Shown here one piece after another: positions 9,955 through 20,171 of a stretch of 29,591 nucleotides of DNA. This stretch comes from a virus (lineage: Duplodnaviria > Caudoviricetes). The stretch spans positions 1 to 29,591 of the IMG/VR virus record IMGVR_UViG_3300005664_000043. One strand, written 5' to 3'. Numbering within the stretch: position 1 is the first letter of the stretch; each line of letters starts with the position of its first letter. The translations under genes were made by a program, and so were the position numbers. The notes below the pieces were generated by a model, which was not told the origin of the DNA, did no database searches, and was given only the letters and a program-made list of their open reading frames with translations.

Positions 9955-10276
9955 ATACACTGATAATACAGCTAAAATAAATTCAGATACTGTAAAGGGT
10001 GCTAACCTTGCGTTAAGATTTATGCTTGATGATATTGATAAAAATGCATTTCGTATAACTCCTAAAAAAGAAGGTAATCTTCGAAGAGATATATTGAAAA
10101 GCGTTTTAGGAACGAGGGGGTCAATTGTATGGGGTAAGAGATATGCTATATATCAAGAAAAAAGACAATATGCTAATTATACAACTCCTGGAACGGGTCC
10201 ACACTATGCTGAGAAATCAGTTAAAAAAGTGGTAGATAATTACAAAGAATACTTTAAGAAAGCAAATATAGTATGA
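9944..10276 (+). CDS. Neck protein (HK97 gp10 / minor-capsid-like)
   Basis: TPKKEGNLR, YAIYQE and TTPGTGPHY motifs; synteny. Confidence 0.65.
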   Translation: MSVRYTDNTAKINSDTVKGANLALRFMLDDIDKNAFRITPKKEGNLRRDILKSVLGTRGSIVWGKRYAIYQEKRQYANYTTPGTGPHYAEKSVKKVVDNYKEYFKKANIV

Positions 10277-10674
10277 ATATAGCAGAATCTTTCGCAACAT
10301 ATCTTCAGACATTAGGTATAGCTACACTTGGACAAGACCTCTTTATTGGAAATGCTCCTAGTTCTAATAGAGTATCAGATTCTATGTATTGGATAATCGA
10401 GTCAGGCGGTTCACCACTAAGTAAAAATAGTACGGGTGAATTGTTAAAAAGTACTACAATTGAAGTGTACTACAGAGATAGAAACTATAAAAATGTATAC
10501 GATAAAATCAATACGTTAGAAGAAACTATCAGTTGTGCTGGATGCATTCAATTAAATGGTTTTGATATAATAAAACTAGATGTAGTATCCTATCCTATAG
10601 ACCAAGATTTAGATAATGAGGATAGAAAGATAGGAATGTTACAAGTAAATATACTAACTTATAAGGAGTGCTAA
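10273..10674 (+). CDS. Tail terminator protein
   Basis: 'FATYLQTLGI...DLFIGNAP' start and 'D.D.EDR....VN' end; immediately before the tail tube gene. Confidence 0.65.
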   Translation: MNIAESFATYLQTLGIATLGQDLFIGNAPSSNRVSDSMYWIIESGGSPLSKNSTGELLKSTTIEVYYRDRNYKNVYDKINTLEETISCAGCIQLNGFDIIKLDVVSYPIDQDLDNEDRKIGMLQVNILTYKEC

Positions 10675-10675
10675 A

Positions 10676-11182
10676 ATGGCATTAGTAAGAGGACCTTTCA
10701 ACATTACATGGGGCGGAAATACCCTATTGAATGTAGAAGAAATAAGTGTTGATTACGAACAAGACTCAGAAGATTATAGCACGGTCCAACATCAGACTTT
10801 TCAAGTAGATGGACCTATTAAATCTTCAGTATCTTTGACGTTGTTAGCAAGCGATGTAGCTGCTTTGGCAGTTGTATTGCCACAATACCATGTTGCGAAT
10901 GGTGGTACATTGAGTACTGGCGAAAGAGTAAGTGAAGCAAATGGTGCTATAGACATTAAGGCTGCACAATGTGGTACTACACCTGTATACAATGATTTAG
11001 ATGTTGTATCGTGTGCAAACCCTGGTCACGTATTTCGTTTAGTAAATGCTCGAACCAAGCTTGACTCCATAGAATTTGATGACAAACTTCGTAAAGTAGT
11101 TGTACAATTCGTTGGTGAACCAGGTGCTGGTGAAGGTAACATACAGTTCTTTAAGTATGGAACAGTAGCAGTAGTAAGCTAA
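10676..11182 (+). CDS. Major tail tube protein
   Basis: Strong AAGGAG SD, 168 aa beta-rich, lies between the terminator and chaperone genes. Confidence 0.7.
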   Translation: MALVRGPFNITWGGNTLLNVEEISVDYEQDSEDYSTVQHQTFQVDGPIKSSVSLTLLASDVAALAVVLPQYHVANGGTLSTGERVSEANGAIDIKAAQCGTTPVYNDLDVVSCANPGHVFRLVNARTKLDSIEFDDKLRKVVVQFVGEPGAGEGNIQFFKYGTVAVVS

Positions 11183-11207
11183 TAAAACTTTAATAAGGAG
11201 ATTGCAT

Positions 11208-11525
11208 ATGAGCAACTACAATCTATCTGACAACGTCAATGATAGTTTTCAATTTTCAATTAATGGGTTAATCTATAAAATGAGATATCCTCTTGTTAGC
11301 GAAATAGAAGAGTTACAAGAAAAAACAAAGCAAATTGAGAATAAAAAGAAAAAAGACAAAGACGTTACAGAAGAAGAAAAAGATTTAGAAAAATGGATGT
11401 ACAGTTTTACTGAACCATTGGACCCTAGTTCACCCCCTATTAAAGATTTGTTAGAGAAGCAAAACATAAAAGTGATGCAAAACTTTCAAACGATGTTCAA
11501 GACTGAGTTTGGAGCTACTGAATAA
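11208..11525 (+). CDS. Tail assembly chaperone
   Basis: AAGGAG-7nt-ATG at 11208; 'FSINGLIYKMRYP' pattern; synteny. Confidence 0.65.
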   Translation: MSNYNLSDNVNDSFQFSINGLIYKMRYPLVSEIEELQEKTKQIENKKKKDKDVTEEEKDLEKWMYSFTEPLDPSSPPIKDLLEKQNIKVMQNFQTMFKTEFGATE

Positions 11526-11791
11526 TGGCAGAAATACAGGTTGCAAAGGTAGAACAACCAAAAGCTAATAAACGAGAGTTATATGCTACTGTTTGTTTTT
11601 ACTACGGGTATCAATTGGATTATGTTCAAAAGTTACCAGCACGCGACCTGTATTTACTCCAAAAAATAGCATCTAAAATAGAAGCTAATAGATTCCTTAA
11701 CTTAACAAATATTGCTGCAGCACCACAATCAAAGAATGGACGGGGAGTTCAAAAACTAATTCAATACTACAAGAAAGTGGTAGAGAGATGA
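11525..11791 (+). CDS. Second tail assembly chaperone-like protein
   Basis: TAATG-coupled; 'FYYGYQLDYVQKLP' resembles T-type chaperone motifs; precedes the TMP. Confidence 0.55.
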   Translation: MAEIQVAKVEQPKANKRELYATVCFYYGYQLDYVQKLPARDLYLLQKIASKIEANRFLNLTNIAAAPQSKNGRGVQKLIQYYKKVVER

Positions 11792-12546
11792 TTGGTTATA
11801 TTTACAAACATACAGCCCCAAATGGCAAAAGCTATATAGGCCAAACAATTAAAGAGCCTAAGTTTAGATGGAGTAATGGGAAAGGCTATCTAGGTAACAA
11901 ATACTTTACAAATGTAATTAATAAATATGGGTGGAATAATATTACTCATGAAATTATTTGGGAAATTGAGAATGAAGATATAAACCAAATATTAGAAACT
12001 TTAAACATACTTGAAGAAATAGAAATTTCAGAACATAATACATTTTTTCCTGATGGATATAACTTTGATTCAGGCGGAAAAAATAAAATACTGCATGAAC
12101 ATACAAGAAAACTAGTATCTAGTTCTCTAAAAACGTTGTATTTAGAAAATCCACATTTAATCAGACGAAATTACAAAATGTCTGATAGTAGTAAAGCAAA
12201 TATGATTAAGAGTTTAAAAAAATATTATATCGATAATCCAAAAAAATTATCTAAAGAAACACGAATTAAAATATCACTCTCAAGAAAAAATATTAAATTC
12301 TCTGAAGAGCATAGAAAAAAGATAAGTAAAAATAAAAAAATGGAATGGGAGATACTTACTCAAGAACAAAAAATAAAAAGAATGTCTCATCTTAACAATA
12401 ATGAAGTTAAAAAAAGAGTTAGTGAATCTTTAAAAGGTAAAACTCCTTGGAATAAAGGAAAAAAAGGTGTGCAGGTTGCATGGAACAAGGGAATGAAAAT
12501 GCAAAACAATAGAGAATCACTTGTAGGATTTGGAGTAAACAAATAA
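11788..12546 (+). CDS. Free-standing GIY-YIG homing endonuclease with NUMOD3-like repeats
   Basis: GYIYKHT..NGKSYIGQT, GYNFDSGG, repeated S.E.R.KIS and PWNKG/AWNKG motifs. Confidence 0.9.
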   Translation: MIGYIYKHTAPNGKSYIGQTIKEPKFRWSNGKGYLGNKYFTNVINKYGWNNITHEIIWEIENEDINQILETLNILEEIEISEHNTFFPDGYNFDSGGKNKILHEHTRKLVSSSLKTLYLENPHLIRRNYKMSDSSKANMIKSLKKYYIDNPKKLSKETRIKISLSRKNIKFSEEHRKKISKNKKMEWEILTQEQKIKRMSHLNNNEVKKRVSESLKGKTPWNKGKKGVQVAWNKGMKMQNNRESLVGFGVNK

Positions 12547-15086
12547 TGGCATCGACGGTAGGTGGTACAGTAACATGGGTATTGGATGTAGAAACAGGCA
12601 AATTTACATCTGGTTTAGCAAGTGCAAATGCAGCTGTAAAAGCTACTGCAAATAATGTAGTTGCTCATACAGATACTGTAAAATCTAGCTTTAAAGATAC
12701 AGCATCGAATGTTGCTAACTCTCTTGGTGGAATATCAAGAGCACTCGGTGGAATGACAATTGCAACTGGTTTAGCTATAGGTACAAGTTCATTCGGACTT
12801 TTAGGTATGGCTAAGGCAAGTTGGGGGCAAGTAGTTGCGGTAGAAAATGCTTCATTTGCATTAAAAGCTTATGAAAAAGATGCAACAAAAGTAAGCCAAG
12901 TTTTATCAGGTTTAGTTAAATATGCACAATCAGATATGGGTGTTCTGTTTCAGAGGCAAGATTTATTTGATGCTGCGTCTAATCTTAAACTATACGGTAT
13001 AGAAACAAGTAAACTGGTAGATTATACAAAGATATTATCAAAAGGTGTTGCTGTAGGTAAGACTTCATTCCAAGAACTTTCAGATATACTAGGTAGAGTT
13101 ACATCAAGTGGAAAACTAACTGGTGACCAGTTCGACATGCTTGTTATGAGGGGTATTAAATTACCTGACACAATGCGTAATGCTGCTGTAAGTGCAGAAC
13201 AGTTGTTTGGGGCTCTTGACAAGTCATTGCCTGATGAACTATTAGCTGGTAGAGCAAATACAATCTCTGGTATTATGACGCGGCTCCAGAGTGCATTTAG
13301 AAACTTAGGTAGTCAGATACTCGGTGTAGATAAAGATACAAGTACATTTATTAAAGGTGGATTAGGTGATACACTCGTAACTACAATGCAGAAGTTAAGA
13401 GATATTATGGCTTCACCAGAAATGAAAGAATCATTTGCAAATCTTGGAAAAACTATCGGTAACTTTGTAAAAGATGTTCTTCCATTGCTTATTAATGGAT
13501 TTATGTGGATGGCAAATAACTTACCAGCAGTTATTGCTTTATTCGGAGTTCTTGCAACAACATGGATATTAGTAAGTATAGCTGCTACAGCTGCTTCATT
13601 AGCTGCTTTACCATTAACATGGCCTTTTTATGCTATTGCAGCTGTTGTGTTAGTATTAATTGGTGTACTTGCCTGGTTACAAATGAAATTTGGTTTCTTA
13701 ACAAAGGCAATGGAGTTTCTTAAACCAGTGTTTACATTTGTTAAAGATTTATTTAGTGACTTATGGAATAATGCAAAAAAATTAGCAGAAATGATTGGAA
13801 AAGAACTAGCACCAGTTTTTGAGTTTGTAGCTAAACACGCTGAAACATTAAAAAAGATATTAATGGTAACAACAGCAATTGCATTTGCACCATTGATGTT
13901 TGTTATAGGTTCTGTAATTGCTGCTATTAAATTGCTTAGTATAGTAATAGGATTTATTGCAAAACATTTTGAAGTAATAAAGAAAGTATTAATAGTAACA
14001 ACTTTAGTGGCTTTTGCACCTATAATTCTCGTTATAGGTAGTATTATATTAATTGTAAAAATATTAATAAAAGTTGCAGAATGGTTGATAAAAGCATTCA
14101 TGAGCGTAGCAAAGTTTACAATTGCAGTATGGACATCAGTATGGAATGCAGTTGTAACAGCATTTAACTTTATCAAAGACATAGTAACAACAGTTATGAA
14201 TGCTATATGGGCTTTTATACAACCAATACTTCAATTCATTCTTAATCTTTATATAATCGTATGGGGTACTATTTTAATAGTTATAACTACAGTACTTAAA
14301 ACAATATGGAATATAATTACAACAGTATGGAATGCTATATGGGGAGTAATTAGTACAGTAATTCAATGGATATGGAATACAATAGTAAATGCATTTAATT
14401 TTTGGTACAATCTAATATTTGGTGTGTTTACGAAAGTGAGAGATTTTATTTCAGAAGTATGGAATAGCATATATAATTCTATTAGCGGTATATTACAAAA
14501 AATTATTGACTTTTTTGCACCAGCATTAACTTGGTTATATGAAAAAGGTAAAGCAATTATTCAAGGATTAATAGATGGAGTAGTAAGCATGGCTACTAGA
14601 ATGTGGAATGGTGTTAAAATCATTGCAGATAAAATAGGTGAGTTTTTTAGTGGTGCTTGGAAGTGGTTATACGATACTGGAAAATCTATTATTGAAGGTC
14701 TCATAAATGGTATAAAAGACATGGCTGGTTCACTAAACAAAAAAGTATCAGAGATGGCAGATAATGTAAAGAATAAGTTCAAAGACGTACTTAAAATAAA
14801 TTCTCCTTCGAAGGTTATGATACCAATTGGTATGAGTATAGGTGAAGGTTTTATTAAGGGTATGGATAATATGGTACCACAAATCAATGAATCTTCTAGT
14901 TTTCTTGCAAATTCTGCAATACCACCATCGCTAGACACATCTACTTTAGGGAATAATAGTACAACAAACACTACGATATCAATTAACGGACCTATAAATC
15001 TAGGTGATAAAGGTGCAGTTAATGAATTCTTTGGTAGATTAAATAGAAATAATGAATTAGCGCAAAAGGGTATGGCATTATTATGA
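12546..15086 (+). CDS. Tape measure protein
   Basis: 846 aa with a tape-measure N-terminal domain, hydrophobic mid region, W/F-periodic repeats (IWNIITTVWNAIW) and the C-terminal INSPSKV motif. Confidence 0.92.
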   Translation: MASTVGGTVTWVLDVETGKFTSGLASANAAVKATANNVVAHTDTVKSSFKDTASNVANSLGGISRALGGMTIATGLAIGTSSFGLLGMAKASWGQVVAVENASFALKAYEKDATKVSQVLSGLVKYAQSDMGVLFQRQDLFDAASNLKLYGIETSKLVDYTKILSKGVAVGKTSFQELSDILGRVTSSGKLTGDQFDMLVMRGIKLPDTMRNAAVSAEQLFGALDKSLPDELLAGRANTISGIMTRLQSAFRNLGSQILGVDKDTSTFIKGGLGDTLVTTMQKLRDIMASPEMKESFANLGKTIGNFVKDVLPLLINGFMWMANNLPAVIALFGVLATTWILVSIAATAASLAALPLTWPFYAIAAVVLVLIGVLAWLQMKFGFLTKAMEFLKPVFTFVKDLFSDLWNNAKKLAEMIGKELAPVFEFVAKHAETLKKILMVTTAIAFAPLMFVIGSVIAAIKLLSIVIGFIAKHFEVIKKVLIVTTLVAFAPIILVIGSIILIVKILIKVAEWLIKAFMSVAKFTIAVWTSVWNAVVTAFNFIKDIVTTVMNAIWAFIQPILQFILNLYIIVWGTILIVITTVLKTIWNIITTVWNAIWGVISTVIQWIWNTIVNAFNFWYNLIFGVFTKVRDFISEVWNSIYNSISGILQKIIDFFAPALTWLYEKGKAIIQGLIDGVVSMATRMWNGVKIIADKIGEFFSGAWKWLYDTGKSIIEGLINGIKDMAGSLNKKVSEMADNVKNKFKDVLKINSPSKVMIPIGMSIGEGFIKGMDNMVPQINESSSFLANSAIPPSLDTSTLGNNSTTNTTISINGPINLGDKGAVNEFFGRLNRNNELAQKGMALL

Positions 15087-16375
15087 TATACGATAATAGT
15101 ATAGGAACAATATCAGCAATATATAATGGATATGAATTAAATACATCACCAAACAAAGTACTTGGAATTGATTATCGTAAAGTACCAAATGTTTTATTAA
15201 ATGTGCACCAACTAGCAAGAACTGATGGTGAGATAGTTACAAACACAAACTGGGGTAATAAAATAATAGTTATAGAAGGTAGAACAACAGGTTCAAGTAA
15301 AAATAATTTAGACGAAAATATTGATACATTATATTCTAAGTTTATAAATTATGGTAAAAACTTAGATATTGTAGTAAATGGTTCTACTAGAAGATATACA
15401 GCTACGATAAGTGATACGGAAATATCAACTCATGATTGTGTGGCTACATGGAAAATTACATTTACATGTTCTGCTTTATCAAAAGCTACATCAACAACAT
15501 CATTAACAATGGGAACGTATACAACATCACCAACTGGATATGCTAATACAATAGCAGGAAGTTATAAAGCACAACCAATTATAGATTTTACTATAAATCA
15601 AATTGAACCATATTGGGAATCAAAGTATATAGATATTGCTAACAGTGCGCTAAATGAGAGGATAAGATTAACTAATAATTGGAATTGGTTTGACAGAGTT
15701 GTTATTAATGGTGACTTGAAGACTGTCAATATATATAATACTACAAAAACAATTATAGATGAATGTGAATCAATAACGGGTTGGACATCTAGCCATACAT
15801 TAAGTCTAGAAACTTCTAATCAAAAACAAGGTAATGGTGCTCTAAATAATGTTATGGCTGGTGCAGCACAAGATTGTGATTTTATCAGACTTAATAATAG
15901 TTCATTAGACCTAAGTAGTACTAGAGGTAATGTTATTATACCCGTATTTATACCAACACCATCAGCGGGTACTGTTGAAAGTATTAAATTTTATATAGGT
16001 TCTGATGCTACATTAGCTAGTAATTACTCACTTTGGACTAAAACTACTCAATGGAACGGTACTGCTCTTGCTACAAATGCCTGGAATTATATTATGATAG
16101 ATTTAAGTACTGGCAATACTGATACTGGAACACCAATTAGAACATCTATCATATCAATTAAGATAACAGTTCATGGTACATCTACAGCAATGCAACTAAG
16201 TGGTGTTTTAATTGATTATATAACGGTTCAAAAATCAAGTGTTACACCTACAATTTTAGATTATGAAGGAACAATTCCATATTTAGGTATAGGTAGTAGT
16301 ACTTTAACAATTAGCGATGAATTAACATCTAGAAATATAACATTTACTGGTAGTTATTATAAGAGGTATTTGTAA
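15083..16375 (+). CDS. Distal tail protein (Dit) with inserted beta-sandwich domain
   Basis: Directly after the TMP; RTDGE...KIIVIEG, RRYTAT, ITFTC; ends YKRYL; longer than a minimal Dit. Confidence 0.7.
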   Translation: MIYDNSIGTISAIYNGYELNTSPNKVLGIDYRKVPNVLLNVHQLARTDGEIVTNTNWGNKIIVIEGRTTGSSKNNLDENIDTLYSKFINYGKNLDIVVNGSTRRYTATISDTEISTHDCVATWKITFTCSALSKATSTTSLTMGTYTTSPTGYANTIAGSYKAQPIIDFTINQIEPYWESKYIDIANSALNERIRLTNNWNWFDRVVINGDLKTVNIYNTTKTIIDECESITGWTSSHTLSLETSNQKQGNGALNNVMAGAAQDCDFIRLNNSSLDLSSTRGNVIIPVFIPTPSAGTVESIKFYIGSDATLASNYSLWTKTTQWNGTALATNAWNYIMIDLSTGNTDTGTPIRTSIISIKITVHGTSTAMQLSGVLIDYITVQKSSVTPTILDYEGTIPYLGIGSSTLTISDELTSRNITFTGSYYKRYL

Positions 16376-18735
16376 TGGAAAAAAAATATAGCATAAAAGT
16401 ATATACGAATGATGATGCTTATTTAACAACATGGCAAGATGCAATTAATTCAGTAGAATTTAGTAATGAAATAAATACAGCCGGTAGTCAACTAAACATA
16501 AAATTAGCAAGAAATGCTGGAGATTATGGAGAAGGAACGGATGTTAATTTTAATCATAAAGTAAAAGTATATTGTATTGACAAAGAGGATACCCTAGGTC
16601 AAATTGTATTTCAAGGATATATTTCAAGTTACACACCAATATATAAAGATAATTATGTAGATGTTACAGTTTTATCTTTTGGAAGTGAATTGAGTCAGTA
16701 TATGTTACAGAATCCTTTTGATACATCAAAATCACAAATAAATGAATCGGGAGAAATAAATGGTGTACTAGCACCAAACTATATACCAAATGGATATTTT
16801 GGCGGTAATGTTGATGGAGCTGGCGATTGGTTCACTGCTGGCGTGAAATTCACAACACCATCAGATATGACTAGCATTGGAAAAATTGATGTTACTTTTC
16901 ATCATATAAATACTTTAACATCGCCCACAGAAACTTCATTGCCTGAAGATGTAACAATAACTTTGTACCCATTGTTATCTGGCGGTGTAAGAAGTGGCTA
17001 TCCAGATTATGATAACCCACTAGGTAGCGTTACTATACCAGCCGGAACTAAACCTAACAGGATATTAGATATTACAAAAATATACGATGGTAGATATGCA
17101 GACCCATTAGTATATTCGTTCACATTTGAAGAACCAGTAACCGTAAATAGCAGTACAACATATGTTTTTGTTTTGCGTTCTGACGATGCTGGCACTTATT
17201 CAGATTCTTATTCAGGATTAGTAAATGGTAATATTTGGGCAGAATGGTATTTTGATAGTACTGAAGTAACAATGGATTCATACAGTGCTTATGACACGCC
17301 ATATGCTATGGATTCATCAAGTTCAATTGGTGCAGCACAATCGTTCATAGCTAATAGTACAAAATATTTAACAAAAGCAAAATTTTACTTGGATAAAGAC
17401 GGTTCGCCAACTGGAAACGCATATGCAAAAATATATAATATAACAGGTACCCATGGCTCAAATGCTATTCCTACTGGTTCTCCAATAGCAACATCAGACG
17501 CTTTCAATGTCGCAACATTGACAACTTCTTTTGCTTGGATAACATTTAATTTTACTGGTAATAATAGAGTATTATTATCAAAAAATAATAAGTATGCTAT
17601 TGCGCTAGAATTCAGTGGTGGTAATGCTTCAAACTATATAGAATTTACTTGTCAATTTAATGGAGACACGCATTCAGGTAATATGTCAGTAAAGGAATCT
17701 GGTTCATCAAATTACGTAATTACAGGTGGCTATAATTTGTTTGATTTAGATTTTCAAGTAATTGGTGTACAAACATTATCAAATTCTAAAAATTATTGGT
17801 ATTATGAACGTAGTGGAACACCATCTGAGGGATATAGTACTACAAAATTTATGCCATACTCTATATATCAATCAGATGGTTCAACAGAGGTAGATTATTT
17901 ATCGCAAGACCCATCTAATATATTAATCGATATAATAGAAAAATACAATTTTTTAGGTGGCTCATTAAGTTACTCGGCTGGGTCTATAGATTTAACAGGA
18001 ACAGAAGTAAGTTATAATTTTAATTCTAATACTATTTTAGAAGCTATACAAAAGGTTATTGAACTATGTCCAGAAGGTTGGTATTGGTATGTTGACCAAT
18101 CAACGAATATTATACATTTGCACCAAAAGAATACTAATCCAGACCACTTGTTCAGTTTAGAAAAAGATTTAATAGACGCTAAATTTGAGAAAAGAATTGA
18201 AGATATAGTAAACACTATATATTTTACTGGTGGTGATATTGGCGGTGGTGTTAGTTTTTATAAAAAATATACAAATAAAGATAGCGTGTCTAAATATGGT
18301 GTTAAATCTATGAAATATATAGACCAAAGGGTAACAGTCACTGACACAGCTGATACTATTGCTAATTCAATACTTGAAACTCGCAGTCAACCAGAATTAA
18401 GAATAACACTGGATATTTTAGATAGTAATAACAGTCAGAGTCTTGGTTATGATATAGAAAGTATACAGGTTGGTGATGTAATAGCTGTTAGAAATGTAAA
18501 TCAACAGGTTGGATTATCAACATGGGATGTTGCTAGGTGGGATGAATCTTACTGGGATTATAATATATTTAATCTAAGTAGTTTACAAACACAAGCTACA
18601 AGAATAAACTATAAAGAAGATGTATTAACCATTGAAGCTTCAACGATGGCTGTAGATGTAAACAAACGCATTGAAGATATTAACAGAAATCTTGAAACTT
18701 TGCAAACTATTAATAATCCAACGGGTCCAATATAG
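16375..18735 (+). CDS. Tail tip / baseplate hub (Tal-like) protein with central insertions
   Basis: Follows Dit; VFQGYIS, ILEAIQKVIEL, IVNTIYFTGG, SVSKYG, IQVGDVI and WD..RWD..YWD motifs. Confidence 0.75.
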   Translation: MEKKYSIKVYTNDDAYLTTWQDAINSVEFSNEINTAGSQLNIKLARNAGDYGEGTDVNFNHKVKVYCIDKEDTLGQIVFQGYISSYTPIYKDNYVDVTVLSFGSELSQYMLQNPFDTSKSQINESGEINGVLAPNYIPNGYFGGNVDGAGDWFTAGVKFTTPSDMTSIGKIDVTFHHINTLTSPTETSLPEDVTITLYPLLSGGVRSGYPDYDNPLGSVTIPAGTKPNRILDITKIYDGRYADPLVYSFTFEEPVTVNSSTTYVFVLRSDDAGTYSDSYSGLVNGNIWAEWYFDSTEVTMDSYSAYDTPYAMDSSSSIGAAQSFIANSTKYLTKAKFYLDKDGSPTGNAYAKIYNITGTHGSNAIPTGSPIATSDAFNVATLTTSFAWITFNFTGNNRVLLSKNNKYAIALEFSGGNASNYIEFTCQFNGDTHSGNMSVKESGSSNYVITGGYNLFDLDFQVIGVQTLSNSKNYWYYERSGTPSEGYSTTKFMPYSIYQSDGSTEVDYLSQDPSNILIDIIEKYNFLGGSLSYSAGSIDLTGTEVSYNFNSNTILEAIQKVIELCPEGWYWYVDQSTNIIHLHQKNTNPDHLFSLEKDLIDAKFEKRIEDIVNTIYFTGGDIGGGVSFYKKYTNKDSVSKYGVKSMKYIDQRVTVTDTADTIANSILETRSQPELRITLDILDSNNSQSLGYDIESIQVGDVIAVRNVNQQVGLSTWDVARWDESYWDYNIFNLSSLQTQATRINYKEDVLTIEASTMAVDVNKRIEDINRNLETLQTINNPTGPI

Positions 18736-18748
18736 GGAGATAAATTAT

Positions 18749-19132
18749 ATGTCTAAAGAAAAGAAATTAAAAATAGAACATAAACCATTACACTGTCCAA
18801 TTTGTAATAAACGATTTATGAATTTATTTGGCCAACCATTACCTAACCATGCACAAATTAGATGTACTACACCCGATGGTAATGAAATGGACTTGGGCAT
18901 ATGTCAAAATTGTATTAATGATGGAATTACTTTAGAAATGTGTAATGCTGTTTTAGAAGGTATTAAAGACTATTGGATGATTGAGATTGATAATAATAAA
19001 AATATGAAGTCACAAGAAAAAGCTAAAAGAAAAGCATTTCATAAATCTCACAAAATAAGCAAAGTAACAAAAGTTATAGATACTGGAAAACGGGCTGAAA
19101 AAGAAGCCCGCAAACAAGGTAAACTGCAATGA
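18749..19132 (+). CDS. Hypothetical protein with two CxxC pairs (possible Zn binding)
   Basis: GGGAG SD before ATG 18749; CPIC and CQNC. Confidence 0.6.
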   Translation: MSKEKKLKIEHKPLHCPICNKRFMNLFGQPLPNHAQIRCTTPDGNEMDLGICQNCINDGITLEMCNAVLEGIKDYWMIEIDNNKNMKSQEKAKRKAFHKSHKISKVTKVIDTGKRAEKEARKQGKLQ

Positions 19133-19635
19133 TAATATTTACACCTAATACCGTTATTAAAAGTGCTGACATTAACTTAAATTTTGATACTGCTGCAGAT
19201 ATTCGCAACTGGTCAAACCCATATAAGTTTAGTGCCTATAGGGGTACGAACCAAAGCATAACGATAAATACAGTTACTAAAATAAATTTTGCAACAGAAC
19301 GCTTTGACACAAATAATAATTATGATAGCACAACAAATTACACTTATACTGCACCAGTTACTGGATATTATAATGTTAATGCAGAAGTTCAAAGCCTTAT
19401 AGCAACTGCAGCGAATGTAGATTGCAGTTTGCGTATATTTATTAACGGTGTGTATTATCGTAAAGGTAGTAATATTAAAAATGCTTCGTACCCACAAGTT
19501 AGCGTGAATTCATTGGTTTACTTATTGGCTGGGCAGTATGTAGATATACGTTATTATAGCATATTGGCTGCCGACACAATTGAAGGCACTGCAGTTAGTA
19601 ACACATTTGAAATGCATTTAGTGAGTGCAGCATAA
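19129..19635 (+). CDS. Putative receptor-binding protein 1, C1q/TNF-like domain
   Basis: Shared N-terminal peptide MIIFTPNTVIKS; C1q signature FSAY...F..ERFD....YD....YTAPVTGYY...L.AGQYV. Confidence 0.75.
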   Translation: MIIFTPNTVIKSADINLNFDTAADIRNWSNPYKFSAYRGTNQSITINTVTKINFATERFDTNNNYDSTTNYTYTAPVTGYYNVNAEVQSLIATAANVDCSLRIFINGVYYRKGSNIKNASYPQVSVNSLVYLLAGQYVDIRYYSILAADTIEGTAVSNTFEMHLVSAA

Positions 19636-20171
19636 TGATTATAATAAAACAATGTCTAAAATGTAATAAAGACTTTAAATGTAGGGAAACTTTAAATTCA
19701 AGTAAATACTGTAGCCGTATTTGCTATTGGGATAGTAAAAGAGGTGATAGTAATTGTGCAAAAAACTTTAAATCTGTTGGTAAACCATCTTGGAATAAAG
19801 GATTAAAAGGTTACAAAGCCGGTGCTAAACATTGGCTTTATGGTAAAAAACGACCGGAAATGTCAGGTGAAAAACACTTTAATTGGAAAGGTGGGGCTAC
19901 CGATGAAGATAGAATTGAACGCAATAAATTCAAAGATACTATACAGCCAAATATTTTAAAAAGAGATAGTTATACCTGCCAAATTTGTGAACAAATTGGT
20001 GGCTATCTACAAGTAGACCACATACAACCTTGGGCAAAATATCCTGAATTAAGATTTGATGTTAATAATTGTCGTACTTTATGTATGGCTTGCCATTATT
20101 ATGTTACCTATAAAAAGAAAATGCCGAAAGGTATAGTCTGGGGTCATAAACCAGATAGGAGGGTAGCATAA
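19635..20171 (+). CDS. HNH homing endonuclease
   Basis: CLKC..YCSRIC Zn motif, HFNWKGG, RDSYTCQIC, VDHIQPW, NCRTLCMACH. Confidence 0.9.
   Translation: MIIIKQCLKCNKDFKCRETLNSSKYCSRICYWDSKRGDSNCAKNFKSVGKPSWNKGLKGYKAGAKHWLYGKKRPEMSGEKHFNWKGGATDEDRIERNKFKDTIQPNILKRDSYTCQICEQIGGYLQVDHIQPWAKYPELRFDVNNCRTLCMACHYYVTYKKKMPKGIVWGHKPDRRVA

Noticed and set aside
11480-11530. Programmed -1 frameshift joining the two tail chaperones
   Set aside because: No XXXYYYZ heptamer near the end, and the -1 frame has TGA at 11519-11521 just before ATG 11525, so the second ORF needs its own start.
13824-14070. 43-aa internal duplication in the tape measure protein
   Set aside because: Real, but ordinary for TMPs.
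19635-20171. Group I intron carrying the HNH, spliced to rejoin ATG ATT ATA to TTT ACA CCA
   Set aside because: The ORF fills the whole insert, leaving no room for a ribozyme core, and there is no terminal G at the putative 3' junction.
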